DNA of 64,000 nt from a bacterium (GTDB lineage Bacteria; RBG-13-61-14; DATKZS01), in NCBI GenBank assembly GCA_963674965.2, contig CAXXFL010000002.1, positions 448,001 to 512,000 of the forward strand. The letters are read 5' to 3'. A program made the position numbers and the translations under genes. Below, one piece after another: positions 9,315 to 18,577 of the stretch (positions are counted from its first letter, which is position 1; each line of letters starts with the position of its first letter). The notes below the pieces were generated by a model. The model searched no databases and was not told the DNA's origin. It saw nothing but the letters and a program-made list of their open reading frames with translations.

Positions 9315-11645
9315 TCACTGGCTGCAGGCATACTCGGTGTCACACGCCGCCCAGTTGTATACCCCGGCCGCCGATGAAGAATTTCCCCCGCTCACGCTGG
9401 AATAAACGCCGCTTGCCGTGTTGTTGATACCGCCGCTTACGCTGGAATAATCCGCGCTCGCCGTATTGCTGCCTCCTCCGCTCACGCTGGAATAATAGCC
9501 GCTGGAAACGTTGCCACTTCCACCGCACACGCTGGAAATCCATCCGCTTGCCTCGTTGCCGTTCCCCCCGCTTACGCTTGTGCCCTGTTCGCTTGCCGTG
9601 TTTGAACTTCCCCCGCTTACGCTGGAATAGGTACCGGTGGTTTCGTTATTGGTCCCTCCGCTTATGCTGGACCGCATGCCATTCGCCTTGTTTTGATATC
9701 CGCCGCTTATGCTCGAGGAAATATTTTCAGCCAGGTTCCCCGTGCCGCCGGACACGCTGGAATAGTGTCCGGAGGCATAGTTGTTGTTGCCTCCCGAGAT
9801 AGAGGAGTTTATGCCAATGGTATGATAAGTCATGGCCGTGTCGCCGGCCAAATTGCCCATCCCACCGAGAATCGCGGAAAAATCCGCGAAAGCGTCGTTA
9901 CCCTCGGCGGTGATATCTCCTCCCCCGCCCGCGACGGAGGCCGCTATGCCGCTCGCTTCGTTATATCCGCCCCCGCTCACGCTGGAATACTGGCCGCTTG
10001 CCGCGTTATTACGTCCGCCGCTCACGCTGGAATAGTAGCCGCCGGCGTTGTTGCTGATTCCTCCACTCGAACTGGAATAATCTCCCGTTGCCGCGTTGCT
10101 TCTTCCCCCGCTCACGCCGGAATAATCTCCGGCCGCGTCGTTCTGGTATCCCCCGCTCACGCTGGAGAAGACCCCGCTCGCCACGTTGAAATATCCCCCG
10201 CTTGCGCTGGAATAATTGGCGGTGGCGGCGTTGTTGTTCCCGCCGCTCACGCTGGAAGAATAACCGCTCGCCGAGTTATAGTATCCGCCGCTCACGCTGG
10301 AATAATCGCCGATCGCCTCGTTGCCGTATCCGCCGCTCACGTGGGAATGGTCGCCTACCGCGTCATTTTGAAAACCACCCGAGATGGTTGAGTTTTCACC
10401 AATGCCGTGATTTATCATGGCCGTATCGCCGGCTAAATTCCCCATCCCTCCGAGAATCGCCGAATAATTGGCAAAAGCAACATTGCCATAGCTCGAGCTG
10501 ATCCATCCTCCTCCCGCCACCGAGGACGCCTGGCCGCTGGCTTCGTTATATCTTCCCCCGTTCACGCTGGATTGATTTCCACTCGCCACGTTATTGGCGC
10601 CTCCGTTCACGCTGGAAGAATAACCGCTGGCCGTGTTTGAATTTCCCCCATTCACGCTGGAGTAAGTGTAGCTCGCCGCGTTTGAATTCCCCCCATTCAC
10701 GCTGGAATAGCTGGCGCTCGACGCGTTTTGAAACCCTCCGCTTACGCCGGAAGCATAGCCGCTCGCCGTATTTTGGGCGCCCCCGCTCACGCTGGAATAA
10801 GAGCCGCTGATTTCATTTCGATACCCGGCCACCAGCCCGCCGAACGAGCTGTAACCATGGTCACTGCCAACGACAATATTATGCGAGCCGCCGCGAGTGA
10901 GTGAGTAGGTATTCTCGTCATAGCCGACGATCAGGTTGCCCAGGCCGTTAACCGCGCCGTCGGTCGCGCCGCTTCCGCTCAGGACGTGGACGTTCACGCC
11001 GGTGTAATAGACGTCGACAACCGTGCTTCCGTTCAATCCCACGCTCACCGGCTCGAGCTTTGGCTCCATCGCCGCGATGGAAGCGGAATTGGACAGGATA
11101 TCCGCGCTGTTGGTCACGATGTTTACGACGTTGGTCGCGATAGCGGTCGAGTGATCGGTGACCGAGACGGTTAACGCGTCGATCTGGGCCTGCAAGCCGG
11201 CGATAATCGCGTCCACCTCGGCCTTGGAATAAAAGTCCGAGCTGGGGGTGCCGCCCAGCGCGCTCGAATTGATGGAATAGGGCACGGAGGTCAAACGCCG
11301 GCGGGGACCCAACAACTCGCCCTCCACCAATACCTCCAGATACACGGTCGAGCCGGACAAGGCCGGCGGCGGGATCGGGTTCACGCTCCCCAGTATCACC
11401 GAAAAAATCCCGGTCTGGACGTTGACGGCCGCGTGGGTCTCGCCCCAAAGCACGGTCGCCGCCGAGGTGTCGCCATCCAGAAATGAGAAGTGCATTCCCA
11501 CGGTGTCGCCGCTTAACGGCATTCCCGCCGAGTCGGCCAATCTCCCCTGATAATTGATAAGCCGCGGCGAATCCGCCGCGTAGGCCGCGATACCGACAAG
11601 CAAAGTCACCAATACCGCCGTTACCGTAATTTTGCCTTTTCCCAT
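9315..11645 (-). CDS. Secreted fibre/adhesin-like protein: signal peptide, INYQGRL module, coiled coil, many 15-aa Gly/Ser/Asn repeats
   Basis: ATG 11645 after GGAGGGAGG; signal peptide ending AAYA; repeats SSVSGGxxNxAxGxY; no C-terminal beta-barrel visible. Confidence 0.8.
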   Translation of the reverse strand: MGKGKITVTAVLVTLLVGIAAYAADSPRLINYQGRLADSAGMPLSGDTVGMHFSFLDGDTSAATVLWGETHAAVNVQTGIFSVILGSVNPIPPPALSGSTVYLEVLVEGELLGPRRRLTSVPYSINSSALGGTPSSDFYSKAEVDAIIAGLQAQIDALTVSVTDHSTAIATNVVNIVTNSADILSNSASIAAMEPKLEPVSVGLNGSTVVDVYYTGVNVHVLSGSGATDGAVNGLGNLIVGYDENTYSLTRGGSHNIVVGSDHGYSSFGGLVAGYRNEISGSYSSVSGGAQNTASGYASGVSGGFQNASSASYSSVNGGNSNAASYTYSSVNGGNSNTASGYSSSVNGGANNVASGNQSSVNGGRYNEASGQASSVAGGGWISSSYGNVAFANYSAILGGMGNLAGDTAMINHGIGENSTISGGFQNDAVGDHSHVSGGYGNEAIGDYSSVSGGYYNSASGYSSSVSGGNNNAATANYSSASGGYFNVASGVFSSVSGGYQNDAAGDYSGVSGGRSNAATGDYSSSSGGISNNAGGYYSSVSGGRNNAASGQYSSVSGGGYNEASGIAASVAGGGGDITAEGNDAFADFSAILGGMGNLAGDTAMTYHTIGINSSISGGNNNYASGHYSSVSGGTGNLAENISSSISGGYQNKANGMRSSISGGTNNETTGTYSSVSGGSSNTASEQGTSVSGGNGNEASGWISSVCGGSGNVSSGYYSSVSGGGSNTASADYSSVSGGINNTASGVYSSVSGGNSSSAAGVYNWAACDTEYACSQ
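9360..10810 (-). repeat. Coding tandem repeat, 45-nt period
   Basis: CTCACGCTGGAATA-like core recurs every 45 nt (e.g. 9391, 9436, 9481); higher-order duplication with 585-nt offset (9831 vs 10416). Confidence 0.85.
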
Positions 11646-12390
11646 TTTGCCTCCCTCCTTTTCTGGTTCTGATTGTCTCGTGCTAAAAAGTTGGCGTCTA
11701 GGTTTGAAAATCAATCCATATTTATTCCGCGTTGTCTTGATCCCCCTATAATGACCTCAAATTATTCCAAGAGGACGATGGAAGTACGGCGTTGAAAAAG
11801 TACTTATCGGCCGCGCTCAAGGTCATAATGAATTTTATTCTGGATTACGCGGCGTTCCCCCTCCATGCCGATTCCACCAGCCTGGTAAATTGACGACCCA
11901 CGATTATTCTCATCATTGCGTTCTCGAACTCGTTCAAGCGCCCAATTCGGGGCCAACTTCGTCAATCATTATCTCCATTATGCTTTCCTGGATCATACCA
12001 ATCTGCAAACCCACATGTCAAACGAAGAATATGGAAAGCATGGACTGGCCAATTGCGGAATCGTGGTCTTTGCCGATGACGTCCATGCCTTCATCCACTT
12101 AGCTTGGCAGGAACGCGCCCGCTACAGAGGTTATTTATTCGCCCTGCAACACTGTCCGATCGGAGTGGTTTATAGCCGGCCTGATCGTCCCTTTTTCATT
12201 TTTACCAGCGTCTTATACGTCGTTTTCTCCTTCCCGCTTTCTCTTGTATCAACATGACGTGATCAAGCCAAGGCGTTATTCCGGCCTCGATCCACAATAT
12301 CCGGTTTTATTTCCCGTTTCATTAGCAAGGGTGGTATAAAGACCCTATTCCATGGTATATGGTAGGTATCCGATATTAGAGGAGGGAGAC

Positions 12391-13422
12391 GTGAGCGAAA
12401 ACAAACCGAAAATAGTATTTCTCGGGTCGGGCGTGGTAGGCGGGGCCGCGGGGGCCTGGGTGGCTGAAAAGTACGACGAGGTTTTCTTCCTGGACCAGGG
12501 AGAAATCCAGGCGGCCCTGAAGGAAAAGGGGATCGGCACTTACCTGCAGGGACATAAAAGCTCGATGGTCAACGTGAAGGTCAAGGTCATCGACGACCTG
12601 TCCCAGGTACCCGACGCCGACTACGTGGTGGTGGCCGTTAAAAACTTCAGCCTGCCCAAGGTGGCCCAGCTTATAAAGGACAAGCTGGGAGACAAGCCCA
12701 CCATCTTGTCCATGGCCAACGGCATCGACAACCAGCGGGTGCTGCCCAACTATTTTTCTAAGGTGATCTACTGCGTGGTGGCTTTCAACGGCATCATGGA
12801 CGAGCCGGTGGTAATCTGCTACCACCAGAAGGGGCCCCTCGTAATCGGAACGCCGGACAACTCGCTTCAACCCGAGATGAAGCGCCTGGCCGAGGCCTTC
12901 AACCTGGGCGTCGAGACGGTTATCGTCGACCATCTTCAGGACGCGGTCCACTCGAAGATCATCATCAACCTGGTAAACTCTTTGGCCACTCTCGTCGGTT
13001 TCCGGGTCAAGGAGATATCGGACCCCGACCTGTTCCAGAAAATATTGTCCAACCTCCTATGCGAGGGCGTGAAGATAGTCGAGGCCAACGGGTACAAGGA
13101 ATGCAAGATGGGAGGAATGCCGCCGTGGATCAAGTTCAAGGCTTCGGTCAAACTTCCCGTATTTTTAACGCGGGGCATGTTCAATCGGAACCTGAACAAG
13201 ATGATTATGCCAAGTATGGCTCAAGACGTTCTTTTAAAAGGCATGACCGACACCGAGCTCGATTCCATTAACGGCTATTTTATCGAGCTGGCCGACAAGG
13301 CCGGGATGAAGGCGCCTTACAACCGGGTAGTTTACGAGTTGACCAAAAGGGAGCTGGCCCGAGATAAGTTCGAGCCCCTGGATATAAAGGAGGTCTGGAA
13401 AGAAATCCAGGCCAAGATGTAA
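12391..13422 (+). CDS. Ketopantoate reductase (PanE/ApbA) family protein
   Basis: GTG 12391 after GGAGGGAG; FLGSGVVGG, VAVKNF, MANGID, SKIIINLVN, SMAQD, TELDSINGY. Confidence 0.85.
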   Translation: MSENKPKIVFLGSGVVGGAAGAWVAEKYDEVFFLDQGEIQAALKEKGIGTYLQGHKSSMVNVKVKVIDDLSQVPDADYVVVAVKNFSLPKVAQLIKDKLGDKPTILSMANGIDNQRVLPNYFSKVIYCVVAFNGIMDEPVVICYHQKGPLVIGTPDNSLQPEMKRLAEAFNLGVETVIVDHLQDAVHSKIIINLVNSLATLVGFRVKEISDPDLFQKILSNLLCEGVKIVEANGYKECKMGGMPPWIKFKASVKLPVFLTRGMFNRNLNKMIMPSMAQDVLLKGMTDTELDSINGYFIELADKAGMKAPYNRVVYELTKRELARDKFEPLDIKEVWKEIQAKM

Positions 13423-13435
13423 GTTGTCAAGCTAT

Positions 13436-13464
13436 GGGGCAAGTCGCCTTCGCGGCTTGTCCCC
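13436..13464 (+). terminator. Hairpin after the panE-like gene
   Basis: GGGGCAAGTCGC-CTTC-GCGGCTTGTCCC stem with G-U pairs; no U-tract. Confidence 0.4.
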
Positions 13465-13566
13465 AATCGGTTCGTTCCAAATTATGGTTGTTATTCTGTC
13501 ACTTAAACACAATCTTGAGCTTCGATCGCCCACGGGGACAAAATATTAATTTCCTTTAATTTTTTC

Positions 13567-13610
13567 TTGACAATTAAAGACGATCCTGCTATTTATATCA
13601 ACTGATTGAT
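13567..13610 (+). promoter_or_regulatory. Promoter and probable TetR operator
   Basis: TTGACA 13567-13572, 17 bp, TG-c-TATTTA; ATCAACTGATTGAT at 13597-13610 (12/14 identical to 2175-2188). Confidence 0.6.
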
Positions 13611-13620
13611 TGAGGGGGAG

Positions 13621-14277
13621 ATGAAAGATAATAACTCCAATAAATCGGATACCATGGAAAGAATACTCCAGGCCGCTGAGGACCTCTTCGCCGCCCAGGG
13701 ATTCGATGGGACTTCGACCAGGCAGATTGCCTCCATGGCCGGAATATCCATACAGACCCTCCATTACCACGGGGGAAGCAAAAAAGACCTCTACGATAAA
13801 ATCCTCGAGCGCTCGGTCATTCCCGTTACCAAGATGATCAACGACCACATCCAGCGCATGATCAAGCTCGATCTTGGCGACGACGAGGTATTCAGCCGGG
13901 CGACGGGCGAGCTGATCGAGGACCTGTTCGACATTCTCTCCGAGAACCCCAATTATCCTCTTTTATTTTTCCGCCAGTGGCTGGAGCAGGACCCCGACTT
14001 GAGACGGGTCGAGTGGGAACAGATCATTCCTTTTATCAAGCAATGGATAGATCAGGTCGAGACCATCGTGACCAGGGAAAGGACCGCCGGTTTGGACCTT
14101 CCCCTTACCTTTATATCTCTTAGCATGCTCTACTGGGGACTGTTTTCCAACCGGGGCTTTATTACCGCTTTCCTGGAACTGGAATACGACTCCCCCGAGT
14201 ACATGGAAAGGCTGAAGCAACACGCCAAGGAACTTACCTCCCGCCTCCTGGCCGCGAAGCCGGAAAAGAAAGAATGA
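13621..14277 (+). CDS. TetR/AcrR family transcriptional regulator
   Basis: RILQAAEDLFAAQGFDGTSTRQIASMAGISIQTLHYHGGSKKDL HTH; RBS GAGGGGGAG. Confidence 0.93.
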   Translation: MKDNNSNKSDTMERILQAAEDLFAAQGFDGTSTRQIASMAGISIQTLHYHGGSKKDLYDKILERSVIPVTKMINDHIQRMIKLDLGDDEVFSRATGELIEDLFDILSENPNYPLLFFRQWLEQDPDLRRVEWEQIIPFIKQWIDQVETIVTRERTAGLDLPLTFISLSMLYWGLFSNRGFITAFLELEYDSPEYMERLKQHAKELTSRLLAAKPEKKE

Positions 14278-14319
14278 CGCGCGGGAGAGAAAGCAAGCGG
14301 CAAAAGCAAGGTGACGGTT

Positions 14320-15105
14320 ATGCGAGTGATCGTGTGCGTTAAACAGGTAATGGACCCCGAGGCCCCGGCTTCCTCCTTTAAAGTTGACCGGGAAAACAAA
14401 AGGGTCATCCCCCCCGCGGGCACGCCGCCCGTTCTCAGCCCCTTTGACGAGAACGCCGTCGAGGCCGCGCTCCGCCTCAAGGACGAGAACGATGCCCAGG
14501 TTATAGTTCTCAGCGCCGGCGGGAAGCTGTCCCGCCCCGTGGTCAAAAAGCCTCTCAGCGCCGGGGCCGACGAGCTTTTTCTGGTCGAGGGCGGCGAGTT
14601 CGAGGGGATGGACGCCTTTTCGGCGGCCCGGGTCCTTGCCATGGCCATCGAGAAGATCGGCGGCTTCGACGTGGCGCTCACGGGCAGGCAGGCGGCCGAC
14701 TGGGACGAGGGCGTGACCGGTCCCTTCCTGGCCGAGGCCCTGGGCGTTCCCTGCGTGACCGTGGCCAGGAAGATTACCGTCCAGGGCGACAAGGTCATAG
14801 TCGAGCGCGTCACCGACGACGGCTACGAGGTGGTCGAGACGAAAACGCCGTGCCTCGTCACCGTGAGTAACGACCTGGGGGAACTGCGCCAGATAACCAT
14901 GCCCGGCATCATGCAGGCCAAGACCAAGCCCGTCACCGAGTGGAAAGCCAACGACCTGGGCATGGGCGCTCCCCCCGAGTCCCGGATCGAGCTTACGGAC
15001 CTTTTCGCGCCCGAAAGAGACACGGTCTGCGAGATGATCGAGGCCGACGGACCCGAGGAAGCGGCCCAGAAACTGGCCGAGATCATCCGAGCGGGATGCC
15101 CTTAA
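14320..15105 (+). CDS. etfB: Electron transfer flavoprotein beta subunit (FixA-like)
   Basis: MRVIVCVKQVMDP, FDENAVEAALRLK, GRQAADWD. Confidence 0.93.
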   Translation: MRVIVCVKQVMDPEAPASSFKVDRENKRVIPPAGTPPVLSPFDENAVEAALRLKDENDAQVIVLSAGGKLSRPVVKKPLSAGADELFLVEGGEFEGMDAFSAARVLAMAIEKIGGFDVALTGRQAADWDEGVTGPFLAEALGVPCVTVARKITVQGDKVIVERVTDDGYEVVETKTPCLVTVSNDLGELRQITMPGIMQAKTKPVTEWKANDLGMGAPPESRIELTDLFAPERDTVCEMIEADGPEEAAQKLAEIIRAGCP

Positions 15106-15117
15106 AAGAGTGAAAAG

Positions 15118-16119
15118 ATGAGCGACGCGAAAAACATCCTGGTCATAGGCGAATGGATAGGCGGCGAACTGACGCCCCATACGCGAGAGATTCTCGGCGG
15201 ATGCCGGGAGTCCGCGGACAAGCTGGGAGGGCGGCTCGAGCTGGCCCTTCTCGGCGCGGCGCCGGAGGCGGCGGCCGGGGAGGCAATATCGCTGGGAGCG
15301 GACGCGGTCCTCGCCCTCAAGAACGAGGCGCTTGACGGGTACGAGCCCGACCTCTGGCTCGGCGCGCTCCAGGGCGTCATCAGGGAGAGGGATCCGGAAA
15401 TGGTGGTCATGGGACAGACGGCGGCCGGCAGGGACCTGGCGCCCAGGCTGGCATATCGGCTGGGTACGGGCGTGGCCATGGACTGCGTAAGTATCGAGGC
15501 GGACGGCGGCGGCCAGATAAGAATGACCCGGCCCGTCTACGGATGCAAGGCCATGGCTGTCATGACGAGCAAGACCAGGCCGGCCGTGGCGACCGTTCGC
15601 TCGAAGGCCATGAAGGCCCCCGCTCCCGACCGGTCCAGGAGCGGAGACGTGGTAGTGGTTGAGGTGGAGGTGGAGGTGGACGAGTCGGCCCGGCGCTCGC
15701 GGGTGATCGAGCGGGTCTCGGAGAAGCCGGAGGGGGTCCCCCTCGAGGACGCGGCCGTGGTCGTCAGCGGGGGAAGGGGCATCGGCGGCAAGGAAGGGTT
15801 CGACGGCCTCGAGGAGTTGGCCTCCCTGATTGGCGGGGCCGTCGGGGCCAGCAGGCCGCCATGCGACAGCGGCTGGGTCCCCGTCTCGAAACAGGTCGGG
15901 CTCACGGGCAAGATCATCCGGCCGGGCCTTTACCTGGCCGTGGCCCTTTCCGGGTCGTCCCAGCACATGGCAGGCTGTCAGGACTCGGGCAAGATAGTGG
16001 CCATCAACAAGGACCCCGAGGCCAACATTTTCTCATACGCCCATTACGGCGTGGTGGGAGACTACAAAAAGATATTACCGCCCTTGATGGAGCGGTTAAG
16101 GGAACTTATGGGAAAATAA
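15118..16119 (+). CDS. etfA: Electron transfer flavoprotein alpha subunit (FixB-like)
   Basis: VVVSGGRG, GASRP, QVGLTGK, LSGSSQHMAG, IVAINKDPEANIF. Confidence 0.95.
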   Translation: MSDAKNILVIGEWIGGELTPHTREILGGCRESADKLGGRLELALLGAAPEAAAGEAISLGADAVLALKNEALDGYEPDLWLGALQGVIRERDPEMVVMGQTAAGRDLAPRLAYRLGTGVAMDCVSIEADGGGQIRMTRPVYGCKAMAVMTSKTRPAVATVRSKAMKAPAPDRSRSGDVVVVEVEVEVDESARRSRVIERVSEKPEGVPLEDAAVVVSGGRGIGGKEGFDGLEELASLIGGAVGASRPPCDSGWVPVSKQVGLTGKIIRPGLYLAVALSGSSQHMAGCQDSGKIVAINKDPEANIFSYAHYGVVGDYKKILPPLMERLRELMGK

Positions 16120-16214
16120 AAGCGCGGAGTCGTATACGCGCGTAAACGGCGGACAGCGGTACCAATCCAGCCGAGTCAAGGTCAATAGGAACGCCACAAC
16201 CAAAGGAGGCGGGG

Positions 16215-17648
16215 ATGGAAAAGTATGACGTCGCTATCGCGGGCGGCGGCCCGGGCGGGGCTTACGCCGCCAAGACGGCGGCCGAGTTGGGTCTGAAAAC
16301 GATATTCTTCGAGCGGGCCAGGAAGGCGGGAGAGAAAAACGCCTCCGGCTGCGGCCTGGGCCAGCGGTGGTGGAGGGACTTCCCTCTTATTATGGAAGAG
16401 ATCGTCGAGCTCGACTCGTACCGCGAAATCCATTTTTGCTATTTCAAGATCACCGACGAGGACGACGACCTCATCACCACCATCTCCACGGCCAACACCA
16501 AAAAGGACGCGGGCCGCATCATGCACCGCGGAGAGCCTCGCGCCATGAGCGGCACCAGTATCTACCGGAGCGACCTCGACCCTCTCCTGGCCAACATGGC
16601 CTGCCAGGCGGGGGCCGAGATGCGGACCTCGACGGTGGTGACCGACGTCATTAAAAAGGACAACCGCGTGTGCGGCGTGGTCACGGAAAAGGGTGATAAA
16701 ATCGAGGCCGACGTGGTAATCGGCGCCGACGGGGCCCACTCGACGGTGGCCATCGCCTCGGGCATCCGCAAGCGCTGGAGAAAGGACCAGATCACCCTGG
16801 TACCCCAGCTCGACTTCAAGTGCGACGAGCAGAGGATGGACGACGTGATCGGCGCGGCCGAGATGGTCTGGTTCGGCCCCTATTGCGGCGCCTACCAGGT
16901 GAACTTCAGGGACGGGTTCCACTTGGGCCTTGGCCAATGGCTGGACAAATGGGACACCAAGCCCGTGGACATGGTCAAGCGCATACTCCAGATACCGTCC
17001 TTCCAGGCCATGTGCCGGGCCGTGGACGCCCAGATAAGGGAATACCAGGTCCACCTTCTGCCGTGGATGCCCCATCCCGGCAAGACCTATTCCGACGGGG
17101 TACTGCTGGTGGGAGACGCGGGCGGCTTCCCCTGTCCCCTCGAGGGCGAGGGAATATGGCACGCCATCTGGACCGGATACCTGGCCGCGGGAGTGGCGGC
17201 GGACGCCATCTCGAAGGGCGACGTGTCCGAGCGTTCCCTTTCAGTCTACGAGAACAAATGGAAACAGCCGCCCCTCGGCCTCGAGTACGAGTTCGGAAGA
17301 GAATACGTCAACCTCTGGAAAAACTCGGCCTTCGATCCCGAGTTCATGAAGAAGATGGTCCTCTTCCTCGGCGAGGTGCAGTGGCTCAACTTCCCCGGGC
17401 CCATCTTCGACTGGAGCGACGACCACATGAAGACCTTTAACGACCACCTGGGCCATTTCCTCGACCTCCTTCCCGAGCTGTCGGACTTCGCCAAGGAAAA
17501 CGTCGTGCCCCTCGGCAGGGGAGTATCCGACCAGAACCGGGAAAAGATAGCCAACCTCCTGGCGGGGGCGGTCAAGGAAAAACTGCCCCGACTCATTCCC
17601 GACAAGTTCGTGAAAACCATGATAAGGAAACAGCTCGGCCTCCAATAG
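16215..17648 (+). CDS. FixC/geranylgeranyl-reductase family FAD oxidoreductase
   Basis: YDVAIAGGGPGG, VIGADGAHS, LLVGDAGG..PLEGEGI; lies between ETF genes and a ferredoxin. Confidence 0.85.
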   Translation: MEKYDVAIAGGGPGGAYAAKTAAELGLKTIFFERARKAGEKNASGCGLGQRWWRDFPLIMEEIVELDSYREIHFCYFKITDEDDDLITTISTANTKKDAGRIMHRGEPRAMSGTSIYRSDLDPLLANMACQAGAEMRTSTVVTDVIKKDNRVCGVVTEKGDKIEADVVIGADGAHSTVAIASGIRKRWRKDQITLVPQLDFKCDEQRMDDVIGAAEMVWFGPYCGAYQVNFRDGFHLGLGQWLDKWDTKPVDMVKRILQIPSFQAMCRAVDAQIREYQVHLLPWMPHPGKTYSDGVLLVGDAGGFPCPLEGEGIWHAIWTGYLAAGVAADAISKGDVSERSLSVYENKWKQPPLGLEYEFGREYVNLWKNSAFDPEFMKKMVLFLGEVQWLNFPGPIFDWSDDHMKTFNDHLGHFLDLLPELSDFAKENVVPLGRGVSDQNREKIANLLAGAVKEKLPRLIPDKFVKTMIRKQLGLQ

Positions 17649-17685
17649 GCGCCGGGCAATCCTCACGGATAAAAGGAAAACGAAA

Positions 17686-17991
17686 ATGGCGACGAAAAAC
17701 TTTAACGCGGAGGAATTCACCCGGCTGAACCTGGCCAAGCTCATTTTCAGGATCGAGGGCGAGGACCCGGGTGACTTTATCTTTCTCGACGAGACCAAGT
17801 GCGACAGTTGCGGGCAGTGCAGCATGGTATGCTCGGTCAGCCTTTGGATCATCAAGGACAAGGCCAAGCTTTCGCCCAAATATAAAGAGCTTTGCATGGA
17901 ATGCGCCGCCTGCTACGCGGTGTGCGAAAGGGACGCCATCACCTTTAGATACCCCGCGGGAGGATCGGGCATAGTTATCAAACACGGGTGA
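17686..17991 (+). CDS. FixX-like 4Fe-4S ferredoxin
   Basis: CDSCGQCSMVC and CMECAACYAVC; C-terminal FRYPAGGSGI. Confidence 0.88.
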   Translation: MATKNFNAEEFTRLNLAKLIFRIEGEDPGDFIFLDETKCDSCGQCSMVCSVSLWIIKDKAKLSPKYKELCMECAACYAVCERDAITFRYPAGGSGIVIKHG

Positions 17992-18157
17992 CCCAAAAAA
18001 ATGAGATCATTCTCGGCGGGAAGAACAACCTCGCCCGTACATAACGTCCCCGCTTTAAAGTAAGGGGTGGGATTTATTCGCCTTATGCATTGAGGCTTTT
18101 ATCTATAGTTCCTTCCCGCGTCCGATAACGTTCTGACGTTCAAAAATAGAATTGACG

Positions 18158-18342
18158 GAGCCTCTTGCAAAAGTCCCGCTTTGGAGCGCGGCGGCTCGAC
18201 GCCGCTTTTCTCCGAGCGGCTTGACGCGAGGAAAGGCTTTGTATTTTTTAGCCTTGTCAAGCCAAGCCCATCGAAAGCGGTCTCAAGCGACAGCGCTCCA
18301 AAGCGGCTATGGCGCCAAGAAAAGGACTTTTGCAAGAAGCTC
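18158..18342. mobile_element. MITE/REP-like non-autonomous element with nested inverted repeats
   Basis: Terminal IR GAGCCTCTTGCAAAAGTCC / GGACTTTTGCAAGAAGCTC (18/19); inner perfect IR CGCTTTGGAGCGC 18177-18189 / 18293-18305; GGCTTGAC / GTCAAGCC. Confidence 0.7.
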
Positions 18343-18577
18343 GACAATAAAGGAAAAAACATTGATTGAATATTGACCCATACTTGTGATATCTTGCTTA
18401 TCAAGCCGCTCCCGTGGATTGGGTTTTGCTTTTTGTAAAACGTTTTGCCAAGAATCGAGCGGCTTATTTTTTTCAAATCACGTGAGAGGATCGAGTCGAT
18501 TGAGCGTTCACTCAATGGGGCTGTTTCTTCTTTTTTCCATTTCTTCAATTTTCGAAAAAGCATGGAGGGCGTTATTG

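Noticed and set aside
9360-10810. CRISPR array
   Set aside because: The 45-nt period is in-frame and degenerate at codon third positions; no cas genes
11740-12257. Possible gene relic or 113-aa ORF (11916..12257)
   Set aside because: Protein-like stretches lie in different frames, with no RBS or recognisable family; it cannot be supported without a search
13963-15966. Long alternative-frame ORFs (e.g. 13963..15966 -, 25..717 +, 54577..55953 +)
   Set aside because: High-GC shadow frames overlapping well-supported genes
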